A DNA stretch of 64,000 bases from positions 17,794,001 through 17,858,000 of the forward strand of contig NC_043010.1 of NCBI RefSeq assembly GCF_006345805.1, given 5' to 3'. The notes beneath the pieces are model-generated. The model did no database searches. It was not told the DNA's origin and saw only the letters and a list, made by a program, of their open reading frames with translations. Numbering within the stretch: the first letter of the stretch is position 1; every line of letters begins with the position of its first letter. Shown here one piece after another: positions 1-12,910 of the stretch. This DNA is from Octopus sinensis (taxonomy: Eukaryota). The translations under genes and the position numbers were made by a program.

Positions 1-119
1 TTTGTTTGGTGCTTTTGTCTGCAACTCATTATGCACGGACAAACAAGAAACACAACTTATTCATGTATCAGACAAATATTTATCGTAATAGAAAATACGC
101 CGGGAGCCCATGTTCAGCA

Positions 120-158
120 ATGGAAGAAGTTGAAGAAGTTACTTTCTCCTATTATTTG
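120..158 (+). CDS. MUN-like gene exon 1 (MEEVEEVTFSYYL); start codon uncertain
   Basis: ATG in good context (gcaATGG), donor TTG|gtaagt, phase 0. The frame is open back to the window start with another in-frame ATG at 63. Confidence 0.6.
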
Positions 159-1189
159 GTAAGTTACGGTTTTTAAAAACAAAAACATCGTCTGCTGGAC
201 GATCACTTCGGTCCTTTATCCCCACCCCATACTTTTTAATCCGTGTCTGTATAGATATATGCATGTGTGTGTGTGTGTGACACACACATACGATGCAGTA
301 GTTTTAATTAGTACCGCTTAGTATTCTTTTATAACAAGTACTTGCGTCTTCGTCTCACCATTCTCTTTGGCCCTAAAAGGGTCACCAAATGCAAGTTGGG
401 GCTCTTCTTACTTTGATCGTCATAAGACAAAATAAAATACAACTATTTTAGTCTTATAAAAAGTTTAACGTTTATTTTATTTTAGTTTGTGTTTGGGTTT
501 CATTTACATAACACATTTAGCAATCTAATATCTTATTAAATTCCTCATTAAATTATTCTTCCTTTTAAGTCGGGTGGAAAACGGGGATATTCTTTTAAAT
601 ATTATCTCTTAATCTGTTTCTTCTAAACAATCCAAAAGATTCTAATTTCCTCAGGTATTTGGTTTTATTTCATGTGAATTCGATGTTTGAAAAACCTTTG
701 TTTGTGTTTTCTCTCTCTCTTTTTAAAAAAAAATTTAATTTCTGATTCACCCTGGTTGTTTCTCTCTTTCAGTCTGTGTTGCCGATTGTTATAAAATAAT
801 GGTTAATGTTTACTTAACCATAATAATTTTTAATCACTCACAAATATGCAAACATTTCATATAAACACAGTCTGTTATTGTTACCGTTTAAAACTCTTCT
901 CTTTCCGATCTAAGAAATAACTGTTTCAGCTTTTGGGTACCTCCGTGAAAACTGAAAGCTCCTGCGTGAAAGTTGCATTATTATTATTATACGTAGTTAT
1001 TCTGCGTAAAAGGAAAAAAAATTACAATCCATACACCTGATAAATCCAATACAAACCGAAGTTTGCGACTGTTAATTGACTTAGAGTTGATCGGTGAGAA
1101 AACAATCGCGGTTCGTAAACACCAGCCTCTAATAAAGTTTATAAACTGAATTAATTTAAACATTTTTGTTAAACAAGGAACAAGCATAT

Positions 1190-2000
1190 ACTAATGAATT
1201 CTTCGAAATCGTTTTGTGCTTCTTCCTGGTTATTAAAGACCTTTTGGAAAAAGATGGCCAGAATCTTTGAGAAAGTGGTAATCGATCGGAGAAAAGTCTG
1301 GACCAGGTAGAGCTTTGTAGCCCAGGTTGGTGGATTTCTGGAAAATCATTAGCGAGGTTTATGGAGAAGAACTGGTTAACACTAGACTATATTGGGGAAG
1401 TTCTCTATGCATTTTTGTCGCTTTTCTGAAAAAGTGGACGATTGCACTTTCCGATCCTAATTTCATTTGATGTGACTTCAGTTTTGGTAAACTCTTTGGG
1501 TGTGCCACCTCGGTCCAGCCAAAAGGAAAGAAAGCGGTCGGTTGTCATACAGGATCAATATTTCATCAAAATGTCACAACGTGATCAACAAATGAATCGT
1601 TTTGGTTGCACAAGAGAAGCACAGAACAGACTTTATCCTGGCCACAGTTTTATTTTTGTCCTGCTCGTATGGCAGCAATTTGCCGAAGGTTTCGTAACTT
1701 TCCAGTGTGATGCAAATGTTGAATAACGAATGAATGACCAACACTTAGTGCTTCGGCAGCCTCTCAAATTGCTTTACTAGGGCCAACTTAAAAAGGGCAC
1801 ACAGAATCTTTGATAATCGCAGAAGGCCGTCTTGTGTCCACTGTGAAATTTTTGGAAATAATTTTTAGCGGACTGTTCATTGATGGTCTCTTAGCCAAAT
1901 ACTTGCTTGAAACTGTAAGCAATTTTTGCTGGTTTATGTTCCATTTTGAACTTGTAGAATTAAATAATTTGCTCTCCCTTCACATTTTATTTGACATCGT
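1190..2000 (-). mobile_element. Decayed mariner transposase remnant (Hsmar1/SETMAR-like)
   Basis: Minus-strand translation across frameshifts gives FYKFKMEHKPAK, NDSFVDHVVT, ILYDNR, PDFSPIDYHFLK and KVFNNQEEAQNDFEEFI, matching mariner HTH and catalytic-domain motifs. Confidence 0.8.
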
Positions 2001-2358
2001 AAAATAAAAAAGAAATAAGCAGCGAAGTGTAAGTAAATGAAGAATTCAATGAACTCTTTCATCCCACAATGGTACATCCTTGCAGCAGCAGTAGTGGTCA
2101 TTTAGCCCTCTGGTCAAATCTGATGAAAGAAACCCATGTTGTAAAATATTTTAGCCATGGCCACTCTTCCTTTTTATTGAGTCTAAAATAACCAATAAAT
2201 CAATATATCCACCTGAAACAGCATTAGATTAAAATAACAGAATGAATAACAACCCTAATGTATATAATACAAAGGTAGGACTGGGGCCTTAAAAAGAATA
2301 AAAGGAAAAAAGAAACGAACAACTCCCTGTGAGAAGTTTCACTGCAATAATTATATAT

Positions 2359-2590
2359 ATTTCTTTATTACCCACAAGGGGCTAAACACAGAGGGGACAA
2401 ACAAGGACAGACAAAGGGATTAAGTGGATTACATCGACGCCAGTGTATAACTGGTACTTAATTTATCGACCCCAAAAGGATGAAAGGCAAAGTCGGCCTC
2501 GGCGGAATTTGAACTCGGAACGTAACGACAGACGAAATACGGCTACGAATTTCGCCCGGCATGCTAACGTTTCTACCAGCTCGCCGCCTC
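2359..2590 (-). mobile_element. SINE family B (tRNA-like head, central GCCTTTCATCC..GGGGTCGATAAA domain) with Tx1-like tail
   Basis: Full-length copy with 15-bp TSD gcaa(t/c)aattatatat (2344-2358 and 2591-2605); homologous to 10795-11033. Confidence 0.8.
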
Positions 2591-2809
2591 GCAACAATTA
2601 TATATTTGTGCGTGTGTATGTGCATGTGTGTGTTTGTGTGTGTGCATGCATGTGTGTGTTTGTGTATGTGCATGTGCACACACATGTGAGTGTGTGCGTG
2701 CATGTTTGTGTGTGTGTGTGCCACAATTCCTAAGCATATACAGGGTGGCACTGAACCCCAGTACACCAGCAGGAAGCTCACCAGCAGAGCTGATGTTCGC
2801 AAATACCTG

Positions 2810-3207
2810 TTTCAGTCATTCGACAGCAGCCACACTGCCAACATCTTGAAGAATTTTCAGTCAAATGCATCAACCCCAAGACTTTTTCTTTCAAGCTTCG
2901 TACTTATTCTGTTGGTCTCTTTTTGATGAACTGCTAGGTTACAGGGACATAAACACACCAACACTGGTTGTCAACCAGTGATGGTGGATGATCACCGACT
3001 AAAAACACACACACATACACACACGCACAAACACGCACACGCACACACACATATATCAGTATATGATGGGTTTCTTTCAGTTTCCGCCTACCAAATCCAC
3101 TCGCAAGGCTTTGGTCTGCTCAGAGTTATAGTAGAAGATACTTGCTCACAGTGGGACTGAACCCAGAACCATGTGGCTGGAAAGCAAATTTCTTATCAAA
3201 CAGCCAC
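2810..3207 (-). mobile_element. SINE family A copy (CORE-like, internal microsatellite)
   Basis: Reverse-complement similarity to 19021-19440. Confidence 0.7.
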
Positions 3208-3999
3208 ATTATATATATATATGAAAATTATGTATTAATGGAAAACCTCTATTAATGGCTGATGATTGCTCAACATTTTAAAACTGTTGTAATACTTACA
3301 ACATTTAATAAAATGATGTAGCATGAAACGATCGTACCAAATTACCGAAGTTATTCTTGTTGCTTATTTTGGATATATATATATATATATATATATATAA
3401 TAAATGTTACAGATGTAACTATTTCAACCAGTATGTATTTTTTTTTAAAGAGAGTAAGTTGCAATTTGTAGTGGAATTTGCTATTAATTGTTGCAGGTTG
3501 GGTAATTACTTTGAGCTTTTTTTAATTGGCATATAATTATATATTTCAATTATAAAAGTTTGCAATTATATATTTAATAAGTGACATGCAGGCTTGCCAA
3601 TGTACATTTGGAGATATTATGAAATGATATTCTAGTATTTTCCAGCTATATTTTAATAACATTTGCAATAATTTATTATAAATGACTAAGCTTCAATTAA
3701 AATGCACTAATTATGGTAATTTTATACAAAGATTACACCCTGACTGCCTATGAACACTGCCCTTCCTTATCCATGAAATGTTTTCCTGTTTTGATAATTT
3801 TAGCTTGCACAAACATGCACACAAACAGTCACACACACACACACACACACACACACATGATAATTAATCATTCAGTTATGGTTCAATTCTTATCATTACA
3901 TTACCTGTTACCTGGTTGACAATACAATGGAAAAACTTTAAATTTCAAATGTTTGTCCATTTAAAATGCTATCTTTTATATACATACACACATACATAC

Positions 4000-4578
4000 A
4001 TAGGTAGAGGCATAGCTGTGTGGTAAGAAGTTTGCTTCTTAACCACATGAATCTGGGTTCAGTCCCACCTTGGGCAGGTAGCTGTTTTCTGCTATAGCCT
4101 TGGGTTGACCAAAGCCTTATAAGTGGATTTGGTTGACAGAAACTGAAAGAAGCCACATATATATATATATATATATACAGGAGTGGCTGTGTGGTAAGTA
4201 GCTTACTAACCAACCACATGGTTCCGGGTTCAGTCCCACTGCGTGGCATCTTGGGCAAGTGTCTTCTGCTATAGCCCCGGGCCGACCAATGCCTTGTGAG
4301 TGGATTTGGTAGACGGAAACTGAAAGAAGCCTGTCGTATATATGTATATATATATATATGTGTGTATGTATGTGTGTGTGTTTGTGTTTGTCCCCCTAGC
4401 ATTGCTTGACAACCGATGCTGGTGTGTTTACGTCCCCGTCACTTAGCGGTTCGGCAAAAGAGAATAAGTACTGGGCTTACAAAAAAGAATAAGTCCCGGG
4501 GTCGATTTGCTCGACTAAAGGCGGTGCTCCAGCATGGACACAGTCAAATGACTGAAACAAGTAAAAGAGTAAAGAGTA
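4000..4578 (+). mobile_element. Two tandem SINE family A copies (partial, then full)
   Basis: Head TGGCTGTGTGGTAAG..GGTTCAGTCCC (A/B-box-like), TTGGGCAAGT core, (TA/TG)n middle, GTAAAAGA tail. Confidence 0.8.
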
Positions 4579-5267
4579 TATAAGTAATGTTTGTAGCTAC
4601 TTCAACATGGCTGTCTGTTCAAACGAATGCTACTGCTATTTTTTAACATGGCTGTTATATAGATTTGATAAAAAGTAGAATTAGTGAATAAGAACATTCA
4701 GTTTATTAGTACTGAAGGAATTTATTATGATTGTGGAGTGCCTGAAAAGCCTCAAGTTTTTGAACCAATCAAATTATTGTCAGCAGTGGCCACAGAATTT
4801 GCCTGGAACCAATAAAAGAATAAACAAATGAAACAGCAGTCTGCATAGTTACAATATAAACTGTTTTCTTCTGTTTGTTAACAAAATAATCATTGGTAAT
4901 TAGTAGTATGCAATGTGTGAAATATAATTAAAATAATATTTCTCATGAAAGCTGTCTCGTTAGCTTGTTTAATTACTCTATTTATCATTCTAATGTATAA
5001 TTTGATATTTTAGCAATGGGTTTTATTTTATTCTTTTACTTGTTTCAGTCATTTGACTGCAGCCATGCTGGAGCACCGTCTTAAAGGGTGTTAGTCGAAG
5101 AAATCGACCCCAGGACTTATTCTTTGTAAGCCTAGTACTTATTCTATCAGTCTCTTTTGCCGAACCGCTATGTTACCAGCATCAATTGTCAAGTGATGGC
5201 TAGGGTACAAACATAGACACACACACACAAATACATACAAACACACATACACACACATATATATAGA

Positions 5268-5311
<44 letters not shown>

Positions 5312-5317
<6 letters not shown>

Positions 5318-5537
5318 TGAAAAATAGGATAAAATTTTTATAAGAGTTTATCAAGTATTTAGCGTGAAAAAACCTTATAGGGAAAAATCCATCAATTTTT
5401 CCTCTTAAAATATATTTATATTAAGGGCATTACTATACTTAAATGCCTCACGCTAGGAGAGACTCTTAAAGTCAAAACTACCAAAAATGAATAAACACAT
5501 TGTATTGAATACGAAGGAATGCAGCTCCCAATATATA

Positions 5538-5568
<31 letters not shown>

Positions 5569-5785
5569 CAATTGAAAAATAGGATAAAATTTTTATAAGA
5601 GTTTATCAAGTATTTAGCGTGAAAAAACCTTATAGGGAAAAATCCATCAATTTTTCCTCTTAAAATATATTTATATTAAGGGCATTACTATACTTAAATG
5701 CCTCACGCTAGGAGAGACTCTTAAAGTCAAAACTACCAAAAATGAATAAACACATTGTATTGAATACGAAGGAATGCAGCTCCCA

Positions 5786-5790
<5 letters not shown>
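5312..5790. repeat. Near-exact tandem duplication of a ~220-bp unit separated by (TA)n
   Basis: caattgaaaaatagg...gcagctcccaa occurs at about 5314-5531 and 5569-5786. Confidence 0.9.
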
Positions 5791-5816
<26 letters not shown>

Positions 5817-6026
5817 ACAATTTAACTAGGTGTAAAATACACCTAAGGGATATTAAGTTTATGAAATGTGACATTTGTATAAAATATTTAAACTGAATTG
5901 AATTTATAATTGTTTGGTTGGCCTGTCCAGTTATCATTTTTATCTATTTAATTTTTGAACGGTCAGTTTCCTCATATTGCAATATTATTCCAATTCACTT
6001 CATATTTTCTCCTTGGTCATATCTAG

Positions 6027-6205
6027 CCAGCTGGCTGTACTGGAATAAGATACACAGAAACTGGAGGCAAATTAGACCCATTGTGTTTAGTTGACTTGGT
6101 GTGTGCGGCTGATGAGAATGAATATTGTAAAGAAAGGAAATCTCTTCAAGACAGATCATGTCTTCAACCGAGTCAGTTGAGACCATTTGGGTATGGACTC
6201 TTGAG
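6027..6205 (+). CDS. exon 2 (PAGCTGIRY...LRPFGYGLL)
   Basis: tatctag| ... GAG|gtaaga; 179 nt open, phase 0 to 2. Confidence 0.8.
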
Positions 6206-7276
6206 GTAAGATGTTCTAGAATGATTTATTATTGTTGTTATTGTTGTTCAATATCATCTTTGCTTTTCATCATTTTGGGGTTAATAAAGTAAATACCAGG
6301 ATCGATGTAATGACTTGCTCTTCTCCTCAAATTGTTGGCGCTTTGCCGAAATTGGAAAGCCCTTTAATACTAGGGTTTTACTCATGATTTTGACATATAA
6401 CTGTGGAAGTATCTTTTTGCCATCATGGGTAATATCAAGAAATATGGCAGACATACAATAATTGTCATGTAACATTTATAACACTTTTTGGTGCTTATAC
6501 AAAATTATGAAATGAATATCAATTATCAAAATAAAAATATTTATTCCTTTAAGTTAAAATTATATAAAACAAAATTCCCATTTATATAATTCCTCTCATA
6601 ACTTTTCTGTAATTTACTCCCCCTCCTCTTCTTTCTCCTTCTCTGTTCTATGATTCTTTTCTCTCTCTCACACACTGCATGGATCATTCCTTTTCTCATT
6701 GCCTGCCATCAAGCCTAGTATGTGTACCACTCTATCTCTCTTTTTCACTCTCTCTCCACCCCTCTCTCTATATGATGTAAAGTGTGACTGGAGAAATCAA
6801 CCAAGCAACCAACACACTCACATTTACACCATTTATTATGACTTCACCTTTCATCCTCTTGGGGTCGATAAAGTAAGTTTCAGTCGAGTACTGGGGTTGA
6901 TGTAATTGACTAGATTCCAGCCCCCAAATTTCAGGCCTTGTGCCTATAGTAGAAAAGATAATTATTTCTATTATTAATTTATATGATCTGAGTAATTGCT
7001 TCTGGAATTTTAGTTCTTTTGTATATTCTATTCCAAATTTATATTTTTCACCTTGACTAGGTAACTCTCAGCTTCCTCTACGACACTCTGATGGTTGAAG
7101 ACAAGCATCACCAACATACAAGCAATGTTTTTTGTTTTCAGTCTTTCATGGAAAACCTGGTCAGTGGGAAGGTTCAGTCCCATTGCTTGGCACCTTGAAT
7201 CAGTGTCTTCTACCATAGCCCTGGGCCAACCAGAGCTTTGTGAGTGAATTTGATAGACAGAAACTGAAAGATGTCT

Positions 7277-7308
<32 letters not shown>

Positions 7309-7566
7309 CACTTGTGGAGTGGTTGATGTTAGGAAGGGCATCCGACTGTAGAAACTATGCCAAGTCAGACTGCAGCCTGGTGCAGTTCCCCAGCTTACCA
7401 GTTTTCAGTCAAGTAGTCCAACCCATGCCAGCATGGAAAACGGATGTTAAATGATCATGATATATCATCATCATCGTCATTTAACATCCTCCTTCCTTGC
7501 TGGTATGGGTTGGACGTTTTGACTGGAGCTTGTAAGACGAGTTTTACCAGGCTCCTTTGTCTGTTC

Positions 7567-8382
7567 TTAGTTAGTTAGTTAGTTAGTTAATTTGGCTCAA
7601 AAGCAAATAGCAAGGCCATGTAGGGGGACATGGAGTTAAGTACAGGGTGGTGTTCATGTAAAGAGTTCAGGCCACTTGAGGTCCAGGGAGGCTTTGAACA
7701 AAGCAGTCGTCGGCATCTTCACCATCTCGTCTGGCAGCTTGTTCCACGGATCCGCAACCCGGACGGAGAAAGCTCCTCTCCTTCGATTTAGATGAAATCG
7801 TCGCAGGTAGAGCTTTTTGGAATGACCCCGCAGCCGACGCTCTGGAGCAGGAGTGAAGAACAGCTCCTTCGAGAGGTTACACTTCCCGCTTATGATGTTG
7901 TGGGCGAGAATGAGATCACCACGGCGGCGGCGTTTTTCAAGAGAATAAAGGTCGAGCGTCCTCAGCCTTTCTTCGTAGGACAAATTTTTGAGACCATGAA
8001 CCATGCGGGTAGCCAGCGTCTGGACTCTTTCGAGATGCTGTATGTTTTTGAGGAGATAAGGAGAAGAGGCTTGAATCCCATACTCCAATAAGGGTCTCAC
8101 CAGCGTGACATAGAGTGGTAGGAATATGGCTGCTGTGAGCATTCCGAATGACCGTCGAATCAAAAACAGAATTCCGCGTGCTTTGTTGGCAGCATGGACG
8201 CACTGGGCCGAAGGCGAAAAGGAGGAATCCACCAAGATACCCAGGTCCTTTACCTGATCGGTCCTCTCCAGCAGCAGACGACCCGGCTCGAAATCAGTTG
8301 AGTTGCAGGAGTAGAGCCGACAGGCAGATGACAGCACTTTGACACGTTCAGACACAGGTCCCAATCGTTAGACCACTTCCAC
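7567..8382 (-). mobile_element. 5'-truncated CR1-type LINE (RT C-terminal part, 3' UTR, (TAAC)n tail)
   Basis: Intact ORF 7654..8364 with VKDLGILVD, LYVTLVRPLLEYG, LSYEERL, RRRRGDLI, WNKLP; tandem tail 7567-7590; short GTTCT duplication at both ends; interrupts a (GAT)n-tailed element. Confidence 0.9.
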
Positions 8383-8820
8383 GTTCTAGCATGGTTTCTA
8401 CAGCTGGATGCCCTCCCTAATATCAACCACTCCATAGAGTGTGCTGGGTGCTTTTAATGTAGCACCAGCACCAGTATCAATTCTGATGTGGTGGACGGGT
8501 CTTCTAGGATAGAGCAAGGTGCCAGATATCTCAGTCCTTAGTCGTCTCCTTCATAAAGGGTCAGTGTCTTGTGATTGGCCTTTAATCCTTCATCTCATCT
8601 CTTCCTGGGTCTCCATCTCCCACATGTTGCAACTGTCTACATGCATATGCATCAACAGGAGATTGGAAAATTCCTTTTGGTATTAACCATTCACCATTGC
8701 GCATGTTTCATTTGTTAATAGGAGCTACAAAATTGTACATGTAGGAGGAACATGTAGGATATCTCCTACTAGAAATTCTTCTGACTGGGATTCTGAATAA
8801 TACAATATGATATATATATA

Positions 8821-9000
8821 TGTGTGTGTGTGTGTGCATACATACATACATACACGTCTGTTGAAACAAACATAAGTCACTCTGTAACTTCTACCAATTA
8901 CTAATTGTGTGTGTGTGTGTGTGCATACATACATACACATCTGTTGAAACAAACATAAGTCACACTGTAACTTCTACGAATTAGTAATTGTGTTTGTGTG
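8821..9000. repeat. Two-copy tandem duplication (~88 bp) anchored in (TG)n
   Basis: tctgttgaaacaaacataagtcac..ctgtaacttctac repeated twice. Confidence 0.8.
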
Positions 9001-9161
9001 TGTGACTGTGTGTGTGTACTGACAAATAGGTGATGTACATTTCCTGGTAAGATGAAGAAAAAGTATGACAATTGCTGAAGACGCTGCTAATTTGGAAGTC
9101 TTCAAAGTATTTCCCTTGGAAATCCGTCCAAATGACAAATGTTGTTTGTTTTATTTTGTAG

Positions 9162-9209
9162 GCATGGAAATATGTTTGAAGATATTCATTCCTACTTCAA
9201 GATGTATCT
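9162..9209 (+). CDS. exon 3 (HGNMFEDIHSYFKMY)
   Basis: ttttgtag| ... |gtaagt; 48 nt, phase 2 to 2. Confidence 0.7.
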
Positions 9210-9344
9210 GTAAGTCTTTGTCATTCTCCTTCAATTAATTCATGTCGCATAAATTCCTTCCTTCTAATATGTATTTAAATAAAAAAACAATGAAATTAAA
9301 GTTATCCTGTTAATTAATTATCAAACATTTAATAGAAAGATTTT

Positions 9345-9760
9345 GAATCTTTTCAGTTTGAACAGCAGTTTTTAACATAATTTCTAGGTAACTAAAAAAT
9401 TTTAAACTTCGTACACTGGTAGAATGTGTTTATAAAACATCTTTTTCTCTTGGCTTTATTGAGAAAATTCTATAGTTTGTAAGATATTTGTTGTTTTTTT
9501 CTTCAATTTATGCAATTTCAACCAATCACTGACGTCTATTGAGGTAAAATGCATTCTGTGCCATAAGAATATGTCCCTCGTTTAAGAAACAGATTGGGTT
9601 TATTTACATTTGTGAAGAAAAAAAGATACCCTTGCCCCCACCCCTAACCCTAACCGTAAAAGAGATTGAAATGCAATAGATCGATTCTAGGGTCATAATT
9701 ATGGGTGACAATTTCATATGACATTGCTAGAAAAAACTGCCATTCAAACCGAAAAGATCC
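9345..9760. mobile_element. MITE with ~29-bp TIRs and internal (CCCTAA)n
   Basis: gaatcttttcagtttgaacagcagttttt versus aaaaaactgccattcaaaccgaaaagatcc; ccctaaccctaacc near 9641-9655. Confidence 0.75.
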
Positions 9761-10651
9761 AAGATTTCTAAATAAGTTTGGGCATCTTTTTATAATAATT
9801 CAGAAAAGTAAGAGTTCTACCTGTAGGACTGCCCAAGACCAGTAACTCTTCATAGCAACTAAAAACTGTTGTTATGGTCAAAAGGAAGTACAAGACCTGA
9901 ACAGGGTCAGTAGTCTCAGTTGGTTCACTCAAAGCCATTGAATGGTATTCCTCTTCCTCTTGGAGTATTGTGTGAAGTTGTTCTGTTATGTTGAGGGTTA
10001 ATTCTTGCTGCCAATCAGTTATGGTTCCCTTGAAAGAGGCAGCTGTTTGTACTTATCAAGGTTTGAACATCCTGCAACTTTAATCATGCATTCTTTTACA
10101 ATTTCCACATCACTGAATGGTTACCGTTTTTCCCCCGAGTATATAAGCTACTGATGTCACAAGTTGGTAATCAATGGTGTACTGGATGGCAATGGGTTCT
10201 TGCTAACCAGCCTTGGGTTGTAGTGGTACCAGTCATACAAGGAAATTAAATGTACATTCTAGGGTCACAGTAGCAGGTGTCAATATAACCCTTATGACTA
10301 ACTAACTTTTTAATTGTGGAAGTCCGTCGGGGAGGAGTGTTTTCTTGAATTTTCTTTTGTTCTTTGGTATTTTAGATATGTTCATTTTAAAGGTTACAAT
10401 AAAAAATAACAAAAGACTAACAAAAACATATTAATAAAAATAAAAGATTTGTTCTGCAAAATTTGGATTCATCAAAAGGCCACACAGAATGGCCTAAAAG
10501 GCTGCTGGTTCCCTCCACACCGGTTCTAGTTAGATGACATTTTGTTAGAAATCTTGTTGGCACTTCTATACACTCCTTTTATTGCAGACTATTTCACTGT
10601 GAAACAGAAAAAAAAGAAATATAGACTTATATTTTGTTTTTATAATTTTAG

Positions 10652-10691
10652 ATTTAAACCAACCCCCAAATTGATCCAGCCTGCAAACAGA
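10652..10691 (+). CDS. exon 4 (FKPTPKLIQPANR)
   Basis: aattttag| ... |gtaagt; 40 nt, phase 2 to 0. Confidence 0.7.
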
Positions 10692-10794
10692 GTAAGTATT
10701 ATTTTCAGTTTATGTAAAAATTATATTGATGCAATCATCATTTAACGTCCGCTTTCTGTGCTGGCATGGGTTAGACGGTTTGACTGAAAGCTAG

Positions 10795-11033
10795 AAAGAA
10801 GGCAGTGAGCTGGCAGAAACGTTAGCATGCCGGGCGAAATGCTTTGCGGTATTTCGTCTGCCGTTACATTCTGAGTTCAAATTCCGCTGAGGTCGACTTT
10901 GCCTTTCATCCTTTCGGGGTCGATAAATAAAGGACCAGTTACGCACTGGGGTTGATATAATCGACTTAATCCGTTTGTCTATCCTTGTTTATCCTCTCTG
11001 TGTTTAGCCTCTTGTGGGTAGTAAAGAAATAGA
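10795..11033 (+). mobile_element. SINE family B with Tx1-like tail, nested in a (GAT)n-tailed element
   Basis: 16-bp TSD tttga(c/t)tgaaagctag at 10779-10794 and 11034-11049. Confidence 0.85.
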
Positions 11034-12214
11034 TTTGATTGAAAGCTAGTAAGCTGGGGAACTGCACCAGGTTCTGATCTGATTTGGCAAGGTTTCTATG
11101 GCTAGATGCCCTTCCTAATGTCAACCTAATGTTACTGAGTGTAGTGGGCGTTTTTTATGCAATATGTTTTATATTTTCATTTTGATTCCCAGGAAGTGTT
11201 GAGGTTTTCTGATGCATTAACACAAGATCAACTTACCCTTGTTTCTAGGGAAAGTGTAATGTACTCTGTACATACAAGCATTCATAAAATACTGAGTTCA
11301 ATCCTCCTGGTGGCATCTTAGGCAAATGGTTTTTCCATAGACTTGGATCAGTCAACTCAAGTTTTGTGATTAGCAGTGGATAGATGGAAACTGTATAGAA
11401 GCCTCTAATTCAAAGGTCCTACCTATGTGTCAATACTGATTCTCCTAAAGGATTACATGTCTTTGGAATACTCAGCCACTTACACAATAATTTATAAAGT
11501 TGGTCATAACTACTTACCAAAGTTCCTGTCATTCCATTTCACAATGGCAGGAAAACATTAGTGGCAAATATGTGGATCAACTGATATTTCCTTGCTTTTC
11601 TAAAGTTCATATTCCACTAATGGTTCTGATTGACCAGCAACATTGTGGAGAGCAGATTAATTGATACTATCACCGCCAAGTTCTTGACTGGTACTTCATC
11701 AACCCCTGAAAGGATGGCAGGCGAAGTTGACAAAGGTAGAATTAGAAACTAGAATTTTAAATAGTGGAAGAAATACCACATGGCATTTTATCCCACAACA
11801 GATCTGCCAATCCAACTCCCTCTCATATTCCAACAATGAGACAGAGATTCCATTAAAGTCTTTCATAAATTCCTTTGGTGATTAAAAGTGGGAATTGCTA
11901 CTTTACAAAAAAAATATATAGATATGAACTGTTAGAAGCTGATTTCTTGGAATAATTTCAGACTCCTCAGTGGTTCTGGTGTCCATCATTTTTAAGTTTT
12001 CACTCTCTAGAATAGTTGATGTTACAATTTTCAGCAGCATCACAAAAATTGAGGACAAGATGTCTGGTTAAAGATAATTCTGATGAATTTATAACAGAAA
12101 AATCTGTCATCAATAACTGGTTTCTATTGTTAAATTTTGTGAATTAACTGGTAAAGAAACAGATTCATGAGTTTCTATTTTCTTGTAATTGAAGAATACA
12201 ATTTTTTATTTCAG

Positions 12215-12236
12215 CCAGAGCCAGAACAAAATAGAA
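12215..12236 (+). CDS. exon 5, 22-nt microexon (PEPEQNR)
   Basis: ttatttcag| ... |gtaagt; supplies the phase 0 to 1 change needed by exon 6. Confidence 0.65.
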
Positions 12237-12314
12237 GTAAGTAACAACAAATGTCTTTATTTATTCATCTTATTTATTTATATTGCAATTTGAAAGACAT
12301 CATTGTTGGCTCCA

Positions 12315-12690
12315 TCGAGCAGAAGTAGGTGGGGAGCATTATAGCCATGATGTTGAGAGGAATTCTTTGGTGTTGGAATAATTCACCTCTGGAAACATAG
12401 GTGTTTCATTCAGCATCTTTAAACAACCCTTATTCATGGACTTTTTGAGCAGGATGGGCTACTCAACCCGAAGAAAATTCTAACTGGGCCCTACTGCAAG
12501 GTCATGTGCTATTTATCTTGATATGAGACCACTATGTTGTGTACATATGGTTGTGATGCATGAGCTTGGTGTACTTTTATCAGACGGGTAGTCATGATGG
12601 GTATACTGGGCTTTGTGTATTTTACCCCAGTGTCACTTTGATGGCATGCATTGCTCTCTCACTCAATAATAATAATAATAATAATAATGA
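12315..12690 (+). mobile_element. (TAA)n-tailed non-coding retroelement, truncated copy of 21783-22375
   Basis: Colinear similarity from gagcagaagtag to ctctctcactc, followed by (AAT)n. Confidence 0.75.
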
Positions 12691-12910
12691 TGATGATGAT
12701 GATAATAGTAGAACTGTTACAAAAGGTTTGCCTCCTCGGCATGACCAGAATAATCAGGAAAGTATTAGATAACTGAAAAGAATGGATAGCATGGTACCGT
12801 AGGCTGCAGGTAGCAAGGCCTCTATGCATGCAGGAGCATGTGATAAACCTGTGATAAATAGAAAAAAAAATAATAATCATAATAATAATAATCGTCATCA
12901 TCGTCATCAT

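Noticed and set aside
1442-2007. Plus-strand ORFs in intron 1
   Set aside because: They are antisense to a decayed mariner transposase.
2443-3160. ORFs rich in VCVC/HTHT
   Set aside because: Translations of (TG)n/(CA)n microsatellites and SINE sequence; the same applies to YIYI, IIII and HHHH ORFs throughout.
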